This document shows positions 12,700 to 23,714 of a DNA stretch of 64,000 nt, one piece after another (position 1 is the first letter of the stretch; each line of letters starts with the position of its first letter). The position numbers and the translations under genes are program-made. The stretch is from Basidiobolus meristosporus CBS 931.73 (taxonomy: Eukaryota; Fungi; Basidiobolomycota), in NCBI GenBank assembly GCA_002104905.1, contig MCFE01000147.1:90507-154506 (forward strand). The letters are read 5' to 3'. Under the pieces are notes generated by a model. That model saw nothing but the letters and a program-made list of their open reading frames with translations. It did not search any database and had not been told where the DNA came from.

Positions 12700-14520
12700 A
12701 TTTCTAGAACAAAGAATACCTCATCTATCAGCTTTATCTCTTCTATTATCAATACTCCTTGGCCCTGTGTTCCACTTGATTCCCCCTACTGTGCTGCTCT
12801 CTAGTTGCCAACTATCAAACTGTACTGTGCTATCCACCTCCAAGACTCCCCTTTCAGGAAGTGCAAGTTGTATGTCAGAAAGCTTGGCAATACCAGCAGT
12901 CTGTATCAATACCATTTATCTTGCTTAGAGAGCTCAACATTCCCCATCCTAAGAACAAGACTACTATGACTGCAAGAATGAAGCCATAGTCTACATTCCT
13001 ACTGCCCTCCAGAGAGAAAGCTATCTGCCAGTGCTGAGTACTCAATCTGAGAAAAGATGTGTTGATTGGATATACCCATCTGCTGCTGTGTTCTACTTTG
13101 TGAATGAAATTAAGCCCTTCTATGGAGCTGAAATAGGATCCTTTAGAGTATCTGCCCCCCCATCATGGTCCCTTTTATGCAATCAATTGTGAAGAAAAAG
13201 CTGGCAAAACTCACTGTTTTTACCCACAAAGCTACCAAGAATGACAAGAAGTACCTTAGGAGCTACTTGAAGCTTGCCAGCTCTCTATTCTCTCTGCCAT
13301 ATGATCTTCTTTATGCCTGGCTCTTTGTGCAGCATCTGATCCTGGTCTCTGCCTCCTACTCATGGCCATGGAAGACTATTGTGGTAGTATTAAGAAAATG
13401 GGAAGCAATTGCTTCTGCCCTACAACAAAGCAACCTCTGTTGCACTAACCCAGAACAGAGAAACTTCTCCTGACAGCTGTACACCCCTCTCAGGCAATTC
13501 ACTATACTCTGTATACTCAGCTCTGGTACCAGGTTATGAACTTTGTGCCTCTGCAATCTTGCAACTCCATTACAAGAACAAGGTAAAGACTCTATAGGGC
13601 AATGAGGTCCTCTTCCAGGAAGCTACCCTCAACAGAACAGCTGGCTAACATGTTCTTCTCTACAAAGCAGTACTAAATTGCTGCTATTGATTTGGACTTG
13701 AAGACTCTGCCAACCCAACTTACACTTGATCAAGAGACTATCCGTAATATGCTCCATAGGCTTCCCAACTCTACTGCCCCAGGTGAGGACACAATCTCTG
13801 TTGAGCTTCTCAGACTAGTACAAAGGTCATGTCTGCTCTTCTGCTTCTACTGTGCTGTCAATGCTCAGCTCAGCTTTCTACTCCTGAGGATTGGTCTTTG
13901 GCTGGCACTATGCCATTGCGCAAGGGTAAAGGAGAGTATCCAGATTCCAGCTCCAGCAGGCCAATATCTTTGATATCCATCAGCAGAGAGGAGCTTGAGC
14001 TTCTGATTGTTCAAGAGATTTACTCTGACTCTCTTAAGCTTTGCCCTGCACAAATTGTCTTTGTTCCTTGCCTCTCCTTAAAATGTGCAGATATACTGAG
14101 TCAAAATCACTCTCTCCAGTCCATGTAACCCTCCATTTTGTTTGATATTACCAAGGCCTTTGATGCAGCTGACAGAAATCTGCTTTGGTTCAAGCTGCAA
14201 TGCTTCTCCAGTACATCCCTCACCCTCCATGTTAGGTCTCTGCTTCTAAACCTGCAAGCAAGAATTTGCCACCCAAGTGAACAATCAGCAGTGTTTTCAG
14301 TTCCTAATTGAGTAGTTGAAGGCTCTGAGCTTATTCCTATACTCTCTACCATCTAGCTAAGTAATCTCCCCACAATCTCAGCTAACTATCTGGTTATGCT
14401 CATTGCTGATGACATCAGAATATTCTCCTCCAATGTGTGGCATGACCTCCAAGCCATCATCCAGTATCTACATAAGAATAATCACCAGCTTTTCATTGAA
14501 AAGAGAGTACCTTTGGGTAG
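12700..14520 (+). mobile_element. Degenerate non-LTR retrotransposon (LINE) with APE-like endonuclease and RT remnants
   Basis: RT remnants TAPGEDTISVELL, WSLAGTMPLRKGKG..RPISLI, DITKAFDAADRNLLW and LIADDIRI are homologous to the 61846-63354 RT. Upstream CYPPP...IPFILLRELNIPHP (GDxN-like) and VDWIYPS resemble APE motifs. Confidence 0.75.
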
Positions 14521-14526
14521 TATATC

Positions 14527-14869
14527 TATTGTAATTGTTTAGTTGCCACCTAAAGATGCATGCTAATGTTGTCATACATATCTTATTCTGTGATTAGCAT
14601 TCTGTCCTGACCAAATCCGGTGTTGGATTTATTTAAAATATTTTCACCAAGTTTTTAGGTGCCCATACTGTGATCTTTCTCAGCAGTTGTACAAAGCACC
14701 CAAATTTTGTGCACATATTCTTGGAGCCTTCCTCAGCATACTCTACTTGATAGTTTGTACAACTTTACCAAAAGTCTAGATACCATACTTTTGATTAATA
14801 TATCTCTAAGTGAATAACATACAAATCTTCCACTTCTCCACACTACTTCCAATACTCCTCAGAATATCA
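14527..14869 (+). mobile_element. Diverged copia LTR (same subfamily as 58095-58274)
   Basis: Shares ccacctaaa, ctgtgattagcattctgtcctgaccaaat and aaatattttcacc with 58095-58274 and the other LTRs. Confidence 0.7.
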
Positions 14870-15526
14870 TTTGTAAATGGCAAAACCTTGACTTGGCCCT
14901 ATAAACTTCAAATACCATCTATACAATGGAAGTAACTGTCCCTGAACCTGGTATAGGTACACAGTAAAGTTGTTTAAATGAATTTGACTGTTGCCTGAAA
15001 ATAAGGAAACTCCAGATCTGCTGTAAATGACAAGACCCTAACATAACTAAAAGTGGGTAAATTTTGCTCAAATAAGAAGCATTAAATTGTCTTAAGGCTA
15101 TATAACTATTGCAGTCTGGCAATCAGACTCAGCACACTATTCAAGCCTGTCCAGGTGATCAGACATGATGATTAGTATTGTGATCTGTGTTGTAAGAGTC
15201 TTGGGGATATTGGAAGTGATTGGGAGGACAAGTAGATTATGTGGTTTTCACTTAATGATTTATTGAATGTAAAAGTAGTATTTATATTTTTGCCTGGTCT
15301 TGGCATTACAAACACATAGAATAGGTTAAGAAAGATCCCAAGAACATGTGTGCAAAGTTTGGGGCTGTTTGGACAACTTTGAGAATTTTCATGTTGTGGA
15401 TACCTGGTATTTTGGTGAAAATATTCTAAGTAAATCCCAACAAGGAATTTGGTCAGGATTTGAGGGTAATGATCTAAGTGACTTTGTCAGGTGATTATTT
15501 AGGTGGAAATACAAATTTTTACAACA

Positions 15527-15538
15527 TTCCCACTCAGC
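15527..15538 (-). other. Polypurine tract of the copia element
   Basis: Minus-strand gctgagtgggaa lies between the RNH stop codon and TGTTG of the 3' LTR. Confidence 0.7.
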
Positions 15539-18500
15539 TAAATGCTCATACTAACTAGTCCTAATTTTGACCTAAGATATTCAAACTTGTCTCTAGCTAA
15601 TGGTTTGGTAAGCATGTCTGCAATCATTTCATCTGTAGGACAGTAAACTAAGGTAACTAAGTTATTCTCTATAGCTTCACGTATGAAATGATGTCTAATA
15701 TCTATGTGCATGGTTCTAGCATGAAAAGTTGGATTTCTACCTAATTGTATACATCCTTGATTATCTTGAAATAAAGTAATAGGCATTTTTTGACATATGC
15801 CTAAATCTGTGAAAAGCTTTCTTAACCACATTGCTTCTTTTGTAGGTTCACAGGCTGTCATGTACTCTGCCTCTGTGGTAGAAAGTGCCACAGTTGGTTG
15901 CTTTCTTGAGTTCCATGAAATTGCTCCTTTACAGTAAAGAAGGGTGTTTCCTGTGGTGGATCTTCTGTCTTCCAAATTTTGTCCCCAATCAGCATCAGAG
16001 TATCCCACAAGATCCTGTTCTGAATCCTTATAAGTGTATCTTAAGCAGATATCAGCAGTTTCTTTTAGGTATTTAAAAATCTGCTTAACTGCTGCAATAT
16101 GATCAGATCCATAGTTCTGATTATGTTGGCTGACAACTGCCACTGAATATGAGATATCTGGACATGTTCCAAGCACAATATACACCAGGCTGCCTACCAT
16201 AGACTGATAAGGAAAATCAGGGCTTTCAGATGGAACCAATTTGGTGCTTCTTTAGTATATCTTGAATATACTTGGATTGGCTTATGGTAATAGTCTGGGT
16301 ACTGCTGTCTATGGAGAACTTAATCCCAAAGTAGTAACTAAGTTCTCCTAGATTGGACATCTTGAACTCCTTAGATAGGCTGAATTTAGTCTCTTCCAAT
16401 GTTTCTAGGTTATTGGTGGCTATAATAAGATCATCCACATATAGAGCTAATAGAACTGGATTTGCTCTATCTGGCTTATAGTATATACTATAGTCAGCAT
16501 TACTCCTTTTGAAACTCAAAGATTCCAAGTAAAAATCTATCTTGCATTTCCAGGCTCTTGGTAATTGTTTGAGACCATAAAGTGACTTTTTAAGCTTGCA
16601 GACCAAATGGGGTTTATCTTGGTCAACAAACCCATTAGGCCAGTCCATATACACATCCTGATCATCCCATCAGGCTGGTCCATATACACATCCTCATCAA
16701 GTTCACCATTCAAAAATGCAGCTTTTACATCCATTTGATGAATAAAAAACTTATATTTGGCTGCAATTACCAATATTGATCTGATAGAATTAAACTTGGC
16801 TACCAGTGCAAAGGTCTCAGTAGAGTCAAGTTCTTTTGTTTGAGAGTACCCTTTGGCCACAAGTCTTGCTTTGTATCTTTCACTTGTACCATCAACCTTG
16901 AATTTTGTCTTGAAGACCCACCTGCATCCAATTGATTTTTGGTTGATTGGTAATTTGACTAAGTCCCAAGTTTGATTTTCCAACAGGGTCTAATATTCCT
17001 CAGTGATTGCAGATCTCCAAAACTTTGTCTGAGGGCTATTTAGGGCCTCTTTTACAGTATGGGGCTCATCAATATGGACTGAATCAGCATAGGCTAAGTT
17101 TGTACCCTCATTGATATAGTAATTTAGGCTATTTCTTGTCTGATTTGATCTCCAGGCATTTGATACTGAAATGATCACTTCTGGAATATTCCTGGGCACT
17201 GATTCAGGCTGAACTGCGGTTGTAGAGTTCTCTGGAGTGAAAAAAAAACTTCATTGTTTTGCTCTGATTCAATCCTGACAATTGTAGGACTTTGGATCAA
17301 ATTTTTGTCATCATCTGATGTCATTTTTTGTGAAAATTGTGAATTTTCATCAAACAACACATCCCTGGACTTGATTAGCTTCTTTGCTTTGGTATTGTAG
17401 AGTCTTTATGCTTTACTCTCATTGCAGTAGCCCAAGAATATTCATTTTACACTTTTTTGCTCAAATTTTGACTGATTTCCAGGCTGTTTCTTGGCATATG
17501 CTGTACATCCAAATATTCTTAGATGTTCTGTGCTTGATTTATATCCATACCATGCTTCAAATGAAGTAGAATCACAAAGTATTCTGTTAAAACTCCTATT
17601 TTTAAGGTATACAGCTGTGGCAACTGATTCCACCCACAAATCATAGGATAATTTTTGAGCATGGATCATAGGTCTTGCCATATCAATTATTGATCTGTTT
17701 GCACATTCTGCTACTCCATTTTGCTGTGGGGAGTATGGTACAGTAGTCTCTTGCTGTATCCCATGAATGTTGCAGAAGTGGATGAAGAGTTTTGAGGTAT
17801 ATTCTCCACCATTGTCAGAGTGTATTTTCTTGATTTTTTCACCAGTTTCTCTCTCCACCATGGCTTTAAACTCCCTGAGCTTAGACAGAGCTTCTTCCTT
17901 TCTCTCCATGAAGTAGACCCATGTGTATCTTGTATAATCATCAATAAAAGTGATTAAATACTTCATCCCGCCTAAGGATAAATTTTGCATAGGTCCACAC
18001 AGATCTGAGTGAATTAGATCTAATTTTTTCTTAGTTTTGATTAATCCAGAGCTCTTGAACAGTTGTCTGGCTTGTTTCCCATATATGCAGGCTTCACAGT
18101 GCTCCAAATTAGCTGGGGGATCAATTTTTACTCCGGAAATTAGCTGATCTTTGATCATTTTACGCAAATAATCAAGATTGATATGTCCAAATCTCCTGCG
18201 CCAAAGCATTGGTGTTTCTTCAATTAATTTACTTATATTGGCTACCAGATATGATGGAATATAAGTCAACTTGTATAGATTCTGATCTCTGATGCCCAAA
18301 GCAATATGGGCACCATTTTGATCAGTGATCCTGCATCCAGAATTGTCAAAACTGAAACTGAGTCCTTCTGCTGTGGCCTTACTTACAGAGAGTAGGTTCT
18401 TGGCTATTTTTGGTACATAGAGTACTTCTTTAAAGGTCAGTATATGGCTTCCTTCACTGCTTCTAAGGTTTGCTTGGATAGTTCCTTCTCCCACTGCATC

Positions 18501-19458
18501 AAGCATTCTATTGTCTAACATGAAAACCTTCTTAATTGGAGTTTCTTGATATTGGGTAAAAAGTTTTTTTGGTGTGTAAAGTGTTGGGAAGCTCCAGAGT
18601 CAATATACCACGTCTGAGAATCCTTGTTTGTGGTCATATTTAGTGCAGATATGAATAGTCTATCTTCAGTTTTGCAGCATTTCCATACTCAGGCTTCTTT
18701 TGCTGGTTATCTTTCTTTTTGAGACACCAGTCTGATGTGTGTCCTTTCCTTTTGCAGTAGTTGCAAAATAGGCTGCTGTTGCCTTTGTAGGGTCTTGGGT
18801 ACCTCCTTTGTTGGTTATCATTGCTTATTAAAGCATTTTCTTCTTCCTTCTTATTGGCACTTGATTTTCTTAATTCTTCATCCAGGAGCCTTCCATATAC
18901 ATAATTTAAGGTCAAACCTTCAGTTCTGGACTCTAGAGCTGATACAAGGCCCTGAAACTTGTCTGTCAGGCTATTCAGGATGGTAACTATCACATCCTCA
19001 TCAGTAGTCGGTACGCCCACAGATTCCATCTCATCTACCAGCAGGGTAATTCTGTTAATTAGATTTTTCATTTCTTCTCCTGGCAGCATCTTTGTAGTAA
19101 AGAATTTTTGTCTCAGATACATTTTCTTGGCAGCTGAGCATGACTGGTAGGTGTCTTCTAATGCCTTCCAGGCATTCTTTGCTGTTTTTGCTCTTGAGCA
19201 TTGAATTAGCAATTTGTCCTTGACATTAAGGCAGTGCAGTTAAAGGCACTTTGTTCTTTCTTCTGGTACTTCAAGGCTTCCTCTCCCATGTTTTTAGGAG
19301 GGCATTCTTCTCCCATGACAATATCCCAAAGGCCTCTTTCTTGTAGTAGCATCTTCATCTTCACCTTCCACACTTGGTAGTTAGATTCATCCAACTTTTC
19401 AGCAGAGGGAAAAATTCCAGTAATAGCAGTAGTAGACATTGCAGAGAGTGACAGCTTG

Positions 19459-19470
19459 GGGCTCATAACC
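19459..19470 (-). other. Primer-binding site GGTTATGAGCCC (copia/Ty5-type, internal tRNAi-Met half-molecule priming)
   Basis: Immediately follows the 5' LTR, with an identical copy at 58947-58958. Matches the known Ty5/Drosophila copia type of PBS. Confidence 0.85.
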
Positions 19471-19710
19471 TGTTGTAAGAGTCTTGGAGATATTGGAAGG
19501 GATTGGGAGCACAAGTAGATTATGTGGTTTTCACTTAATGATTTATTGAATGTAAAAGTAGTATTTATACTTTTGCCTGGTCTTGGCATAACAAACACAC
19601 AGAATAGGTTAAGGAAGGTCCCATGAACATGTGTGCAAAGTTTGGGGCTGTTTGGACAACTTTGAGAATTTTCATGTTCTGGGTACCTGGTATTTTGGTG
19701 AAAATATTCC

Positions 19711-20500
19711 AGAGAGCACTCTTCTCCCATGACTACTTCCTAAAGGCCTCTTTCTTATGGCTTTATTGTTGACCTCAACCTAGGGACTTGATAGTTTGAT
19801 CCATGCAGCTTTTTGGCAGAGGCAGACTTGCAGTAAAAGAAGCTGAGAGTATTCTTGAGAGTGACTGCTAGAAGCTCATATCCAGATGCAGTGGTGTTGG
19901 AGATATTGTAAGTGAATGGGAGAAGTAATATATTTGTTGGTTCTCATGTAATGATTTATTGAATGTAAAAGTAGTGATGAAGCTTTTGCATGGTCTTAGC
20001 ACAACAAACAAGCAAGATGTTCCCAGGAAGGTCTCATGAGCATGTTTGGCAAGTTTGGGGTTGTCCGGACAACATTGAGAAATCACATGTTCTGGGAACC
20101 TAATATTTTGATGAAACTATTTCAAGTAAATCCCAACAAGAAATTTGGTCAGAATTCTCCATGATTTGGAGACTGTGATCCAAGTGGCCAAGTCAGGTGA
20201 AGGTATAGGTGTAATCACACAAGTTATAACATAGCAAACTTGGGGCTTGAAATCTGTTGCAAGATCCATGGGAGTACCGGAAGTTATCTGGAGAGCCAGA
20301 AAAATTGCATGCTGTTCACTTGCAGTTTTATTGAGTTCAAATAGAATATTGATACTTGTAGTGGAGCTATGTAAGACCAATGAGAGGAATGCATTGAGGA
20401 AGGTCTCGGCATGCTGTTGGCAAAGCTCGGGGGCTTCTTGACAAGTTTGGGAGATTTGATCATTTTCAGGCCGTCACTGATTCTAGGAATTCGCTGATAT
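19711..20500 (-). mobile_element. Stack of older copia 5' ends: gag start, degenerate PBS, LTR ~19883-20231 and a further very diverged LTR-like relic
   Basis: ctcttctcccatgac..aaggcctctttctt matches the gag start. gaagctcatatc is a degenerate PBS. The LTR is colinear with 15188-15526. Confidence 0.7.
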
Positions 20501-20629
20501 CAGACAGAATACATCTTGGATTAGTAGCACGTGATGTAGCAATAAGCTAAGCAGAACCTTATGCTATACGAGTGGTTTAGGTGTAAACCAAATATCAACA
20601 ACCACACCTTGCTTTACTCCAAAAGAGCA

Positions 20630-20810
20630 ACCTAATGGACTTCCAGGAAGTTAACAACCATAGCTCTTTCAAGGTGGCTCAGAAAGCTATATTCCAACAT
20701 AATCAAGGAAGTATACAATTAGAGAGAGAGATCGAACTTTTCATGCTAGAACTAAGCACATAGATGTTAGACATCGTTTCATCCAGGAAGCTGTAGATCG
20801 TAATTAGGCC
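20630..20810 (+). mobile_element. Copia RNase H C-terminal fragment
   Basis: Translates to ..QHNQGSIQL..RTFHARTKHIDVRHRFIQEAVD, matching the copia RNH end. Confidence 0.7.
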
Positions 20811-21216
20811 TAGTTAATATGAACATTTAGAGAAACAGCCAGTGGAGCTCGGTTCGACCAACCCCACAACCAACTGAAGCTCCTCCAATTCATGGATGCT
20901 TTATCGATGGACCGTTTCACGTGATGAGGTACGCCCGACACATAAACTACCCTGAGGTGGATGCACCGCGATGCAGGTGTAGTTCCCTCAGTTGGCCGTA
21001 CCAACTGGAAGCCTTGGCTGGACCGAAACCCATCGTGTGACGGGGTTTGGACGACTCCGCTGGGGGCTGGGCGGGCATTAACCTTGCTCGACGATCCGGA
21101 GAAGTTATCACGGGGTTCGGAGCACTTGCACCACCTCAAGACATCATTGCCCTACTGGGTTTCGGATCCACCCAGTGGTGAGCGAGGCCGAGACTCCACG
21201 TCCCATCGGTATGGAA

Positions 21217-21736
21217 CCAATGCGGTAGATCGATAATATGGCATTGGTTGGGTGATGGACTTGACCTGTCCAAGGATCACCACATTAGAGCTTAGAAGAT
21301 GGGAGGGATAAGTGGATACAAATGGGAGGACAAAGGTTTCGATGGTAGGCGGGCCAATCTATCCCAACATATCACCAGCATCTTGATCCAACAACAAACA
21401 CCTCTCGACCCTGGCCATGGTGACCTCGATGATGATCAACATCAAATCTGGCTCACCTAACGAGCCATGGCGAAGGAATCTGCTTAGGTTCGCAACCGAC
21501 CCTCCAATAGAACCCAGTCCAACCAATGAGCCTCCTCCCAAACCAACCAACTTCGTCGCACCATTCCGGGTGGGCCAATCAGCCGGGGGCAGCGGAAGAG
21601 GGACCTGGATGATCATCTGGGACCAATGGGACGGCCAGATCGGACTGCTCGTTTCGAGATGGATTCTCACTGATGGCGATTATCAGTGGCCAGGTGGATG
21701 TCCATGTTGATTGATAATCTTGGCACTGCTCATTGG
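21217..21736. promoter_or_regulatory. Cluster of eight CCAAT boxes upstream of the Myb/SANT gene
   Basis: CCAAT or ATTGG at 21217, 21243, 21354, 21504, 21523, 21575, 21623 and 21732. Confidence 0.5.
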
Positions 21737-21916
21737 AGGAGCCCATTTGTGGGGAGGTGGGAGGGCCTTTAAGCACACGAGGATCTGGCGAGAATTCAGT
21801 TTCGGTCTCTCCTCCTTTCGCCTGTTGGGATTCATGGGTTCAAGCTTGACACTGACGTTGAGACACTGATCGACTTTCCCCTGCACCCTAGCAACCCACT
21901 CACGTACGTATCCCTC

Positions 21917-21966
21917 CACACACATACACGCACACCCACACCCACACCCACACGCGCGCGCGCGCA
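21917..21966. repeat. CA-rich tract ending in (CG)6, with Z-DNA-forming potential
   Basis: cacacacatacacgcacacccacacccacacccacacgcgcgcgcgcgca. Confidence 0.85.
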
Positions 21967-22054
21967 CGTCCAGCGGATTTTCTTTCGTTCACCTAGACGA
22001 TTCCCAGCGACTCGCCCAAAGTGGCGTCCAATACGTTATTGTCCTCTTTCGTAG

Positions 22055-23086
22055 AGGCGATGTCGAACTCCAGAGCTGGACCGCCCCCCACCACACCGGA
22101 CACCAGCTCGCTTCACCAGCATTCCCACACCCACGCCACGCCCACGCCCAACCCCACCCGCACCCGCACCACCACCCTCTGAACGAGATCGCCACCACGT
22201 CCAGCCCCGGAGGCAGCAATTCCCAACGAAACAAGCGGCAGAAGTTCTCCACGGACGAGACGTATTTTCTGCTGACTGCGCTGAAGGATGTGCTCAGTCT
22301 GTACCCTACCACCACCCGGAACAAGGAGCAAGTTGGTTGGAAGGTGATCCACGAGATGTTCACCCAGAAATTCCCCGACAAACCGGCCACCGTGGACCAG
22401 CTATACTACAAGTAAGTGACCATTCTACCCCCTCTCCCCCAAAGGTCGACACTCCGGCGGGAACCCGCCGGAGACCCGGACGCGCGGGCTGATCCCCGGC
22501 CAGTCGCCACCCCATCCCGCGAGCCCACCTTTGCGTAGGATTGATTGTCAACGAGCAGTGGGCTAATCGAGCGTTTAGATTCAAGAACCTGCGATCCGCG
22601 GTCAACGCATACCGACGATCCAGGCCGGCCCACATACAATACGACCTACCGATCGAGAAGCCGAAGTACTGCGACCTGGTGCTGTCGATCATCGAGAACG
22701 AGACCCCGGAAAGATCCAGCACGGAGGACTCCCTGGACCCCGCGATGGTGGACAAACTGGTGGACCAGCGGATACGGTTTCGGGAGGAGGCGGAGAAGCA
22801 GCTGGCGGAGCTGCAGGCGGCCAAACGTAAGGTCTCCGACGACGGGGCCCACCTCGACTCCCCCGCCGCCAAACAGCTCAAGAAGGACTGGCAGGGAAGG
22901 CTGATGGACCTGCTCGAGGAAAGCCACCATCTGCAACACGAGAGCCTCGCCCTCCAGAAACAGTACCTGAAGGTGACCCAGGAGAGTCTGCGGCTTCAGC
23001 AGGAATGCGTGGCCGAGCTGAAGAAGGAGAACTCCCGCGGGAATGAGTTGCTCGAGAGGTTGATCGATGCTTTTCTCAAGAAGTGA
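22055..23086 (+). CDS. Myb/SANT (trihelix)-like DNA-binding protein with His-rich N-terminus and C-terminal coiled coil; 5' exon(s) not resolved
   Basis: Spliced by eye: ..RQKFSTDETYFLLTALKD..GWKVIHEMFTQKFPDKPATVDQLYYK|FKNLRSAVN.. (GTAAGT donor at ~22412, TTTAG acceptor at ~22578). Followed by a heptad-rich C-terminus ending LLERLIDAFLKK. Confidence 0.7.
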
Positions 23087-23714
23087 TCTTCGCCTCTTCA
23101 TCGCATACACGCCGGTCCCTCCCCTCTCTTCCCCGCATTCTGGCTGCCGATATTTACCCACCGCGCCCCCCCCTCCTTCCGACCTTATCACCTAGGCTCA
23201 TACCCATCTCCCACTCCACTCCCTCACCGTTCACACCACCTCCCACTGCCTTATTTAATCGATGAGTTTCTTCTGCCCATTTAAATGTCAGGTGTACATA
23301 GACTAATGCTTACTAGAGATGTAGTGTAGTGACGGATCCCTTACCACCACCTCCCCTCCCGCCCCAACCGAATAAACCCGTTCCCCAATGTCCAGTTCGG
23401 CAAGGATTCGATCAACGTTCTGGCAAATGATTCTATTCACTTCGGTTTGTTACATATGGTGTGTTGAGGGGGTGGCGTGTCCACGGGGGGAAACGATGGA
23501 GAGGAGTGAAAGGGGGCAAGGCAAGGATATATGTATAGAATATTCGTAAGGAAAGTATATACCATGGTGAATGCTGATCGGCAAAAAAGAATAATGAAAC
23601 AAAAATGGTGGTTCTCTCCTTTCCGCTAGGAAATTACATAGATGGTGGGAGTAGGAGTGGGTGGTGGGTGGTGGGGGGTTGCAAGCGGCTGACGGCGACC
23701 CATGGGCCTGGGGC

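Larger units (their letters stand above)
15188..19710 (-). mobile_element. Near-complete Ty1/copia LTR retrotransposon (gag-PR-IN-RT-RNH), disrupted by stops and frameshifts; 5' LTR truncated
   Basis: 3' LTR is 15188-15526 (TG..CA, TGTTGTAA/TTACAACA termini). 5' LTR is 19471-~19710 and is ~95% identical by eye. Domains seen: gag with CNYCKRKGHTSDWC knuckle, protease WYIDSGASQH, integrase HSDLCGP/HSDNGGEY/QQNGVAE, RT (QMDVKAAFLNG, LYVDDL) and RNH (GYSDADW, STTEAEY, HIDIRHHFIRE), in copia order. Confidence 0.97.

Noticed and set aside
21989-23191. Many overlapping ORFs on both strands around the Myb/SANT gene
   Set aside because: GC-rich shadow frames. The spliced plus-strand model explains the region.
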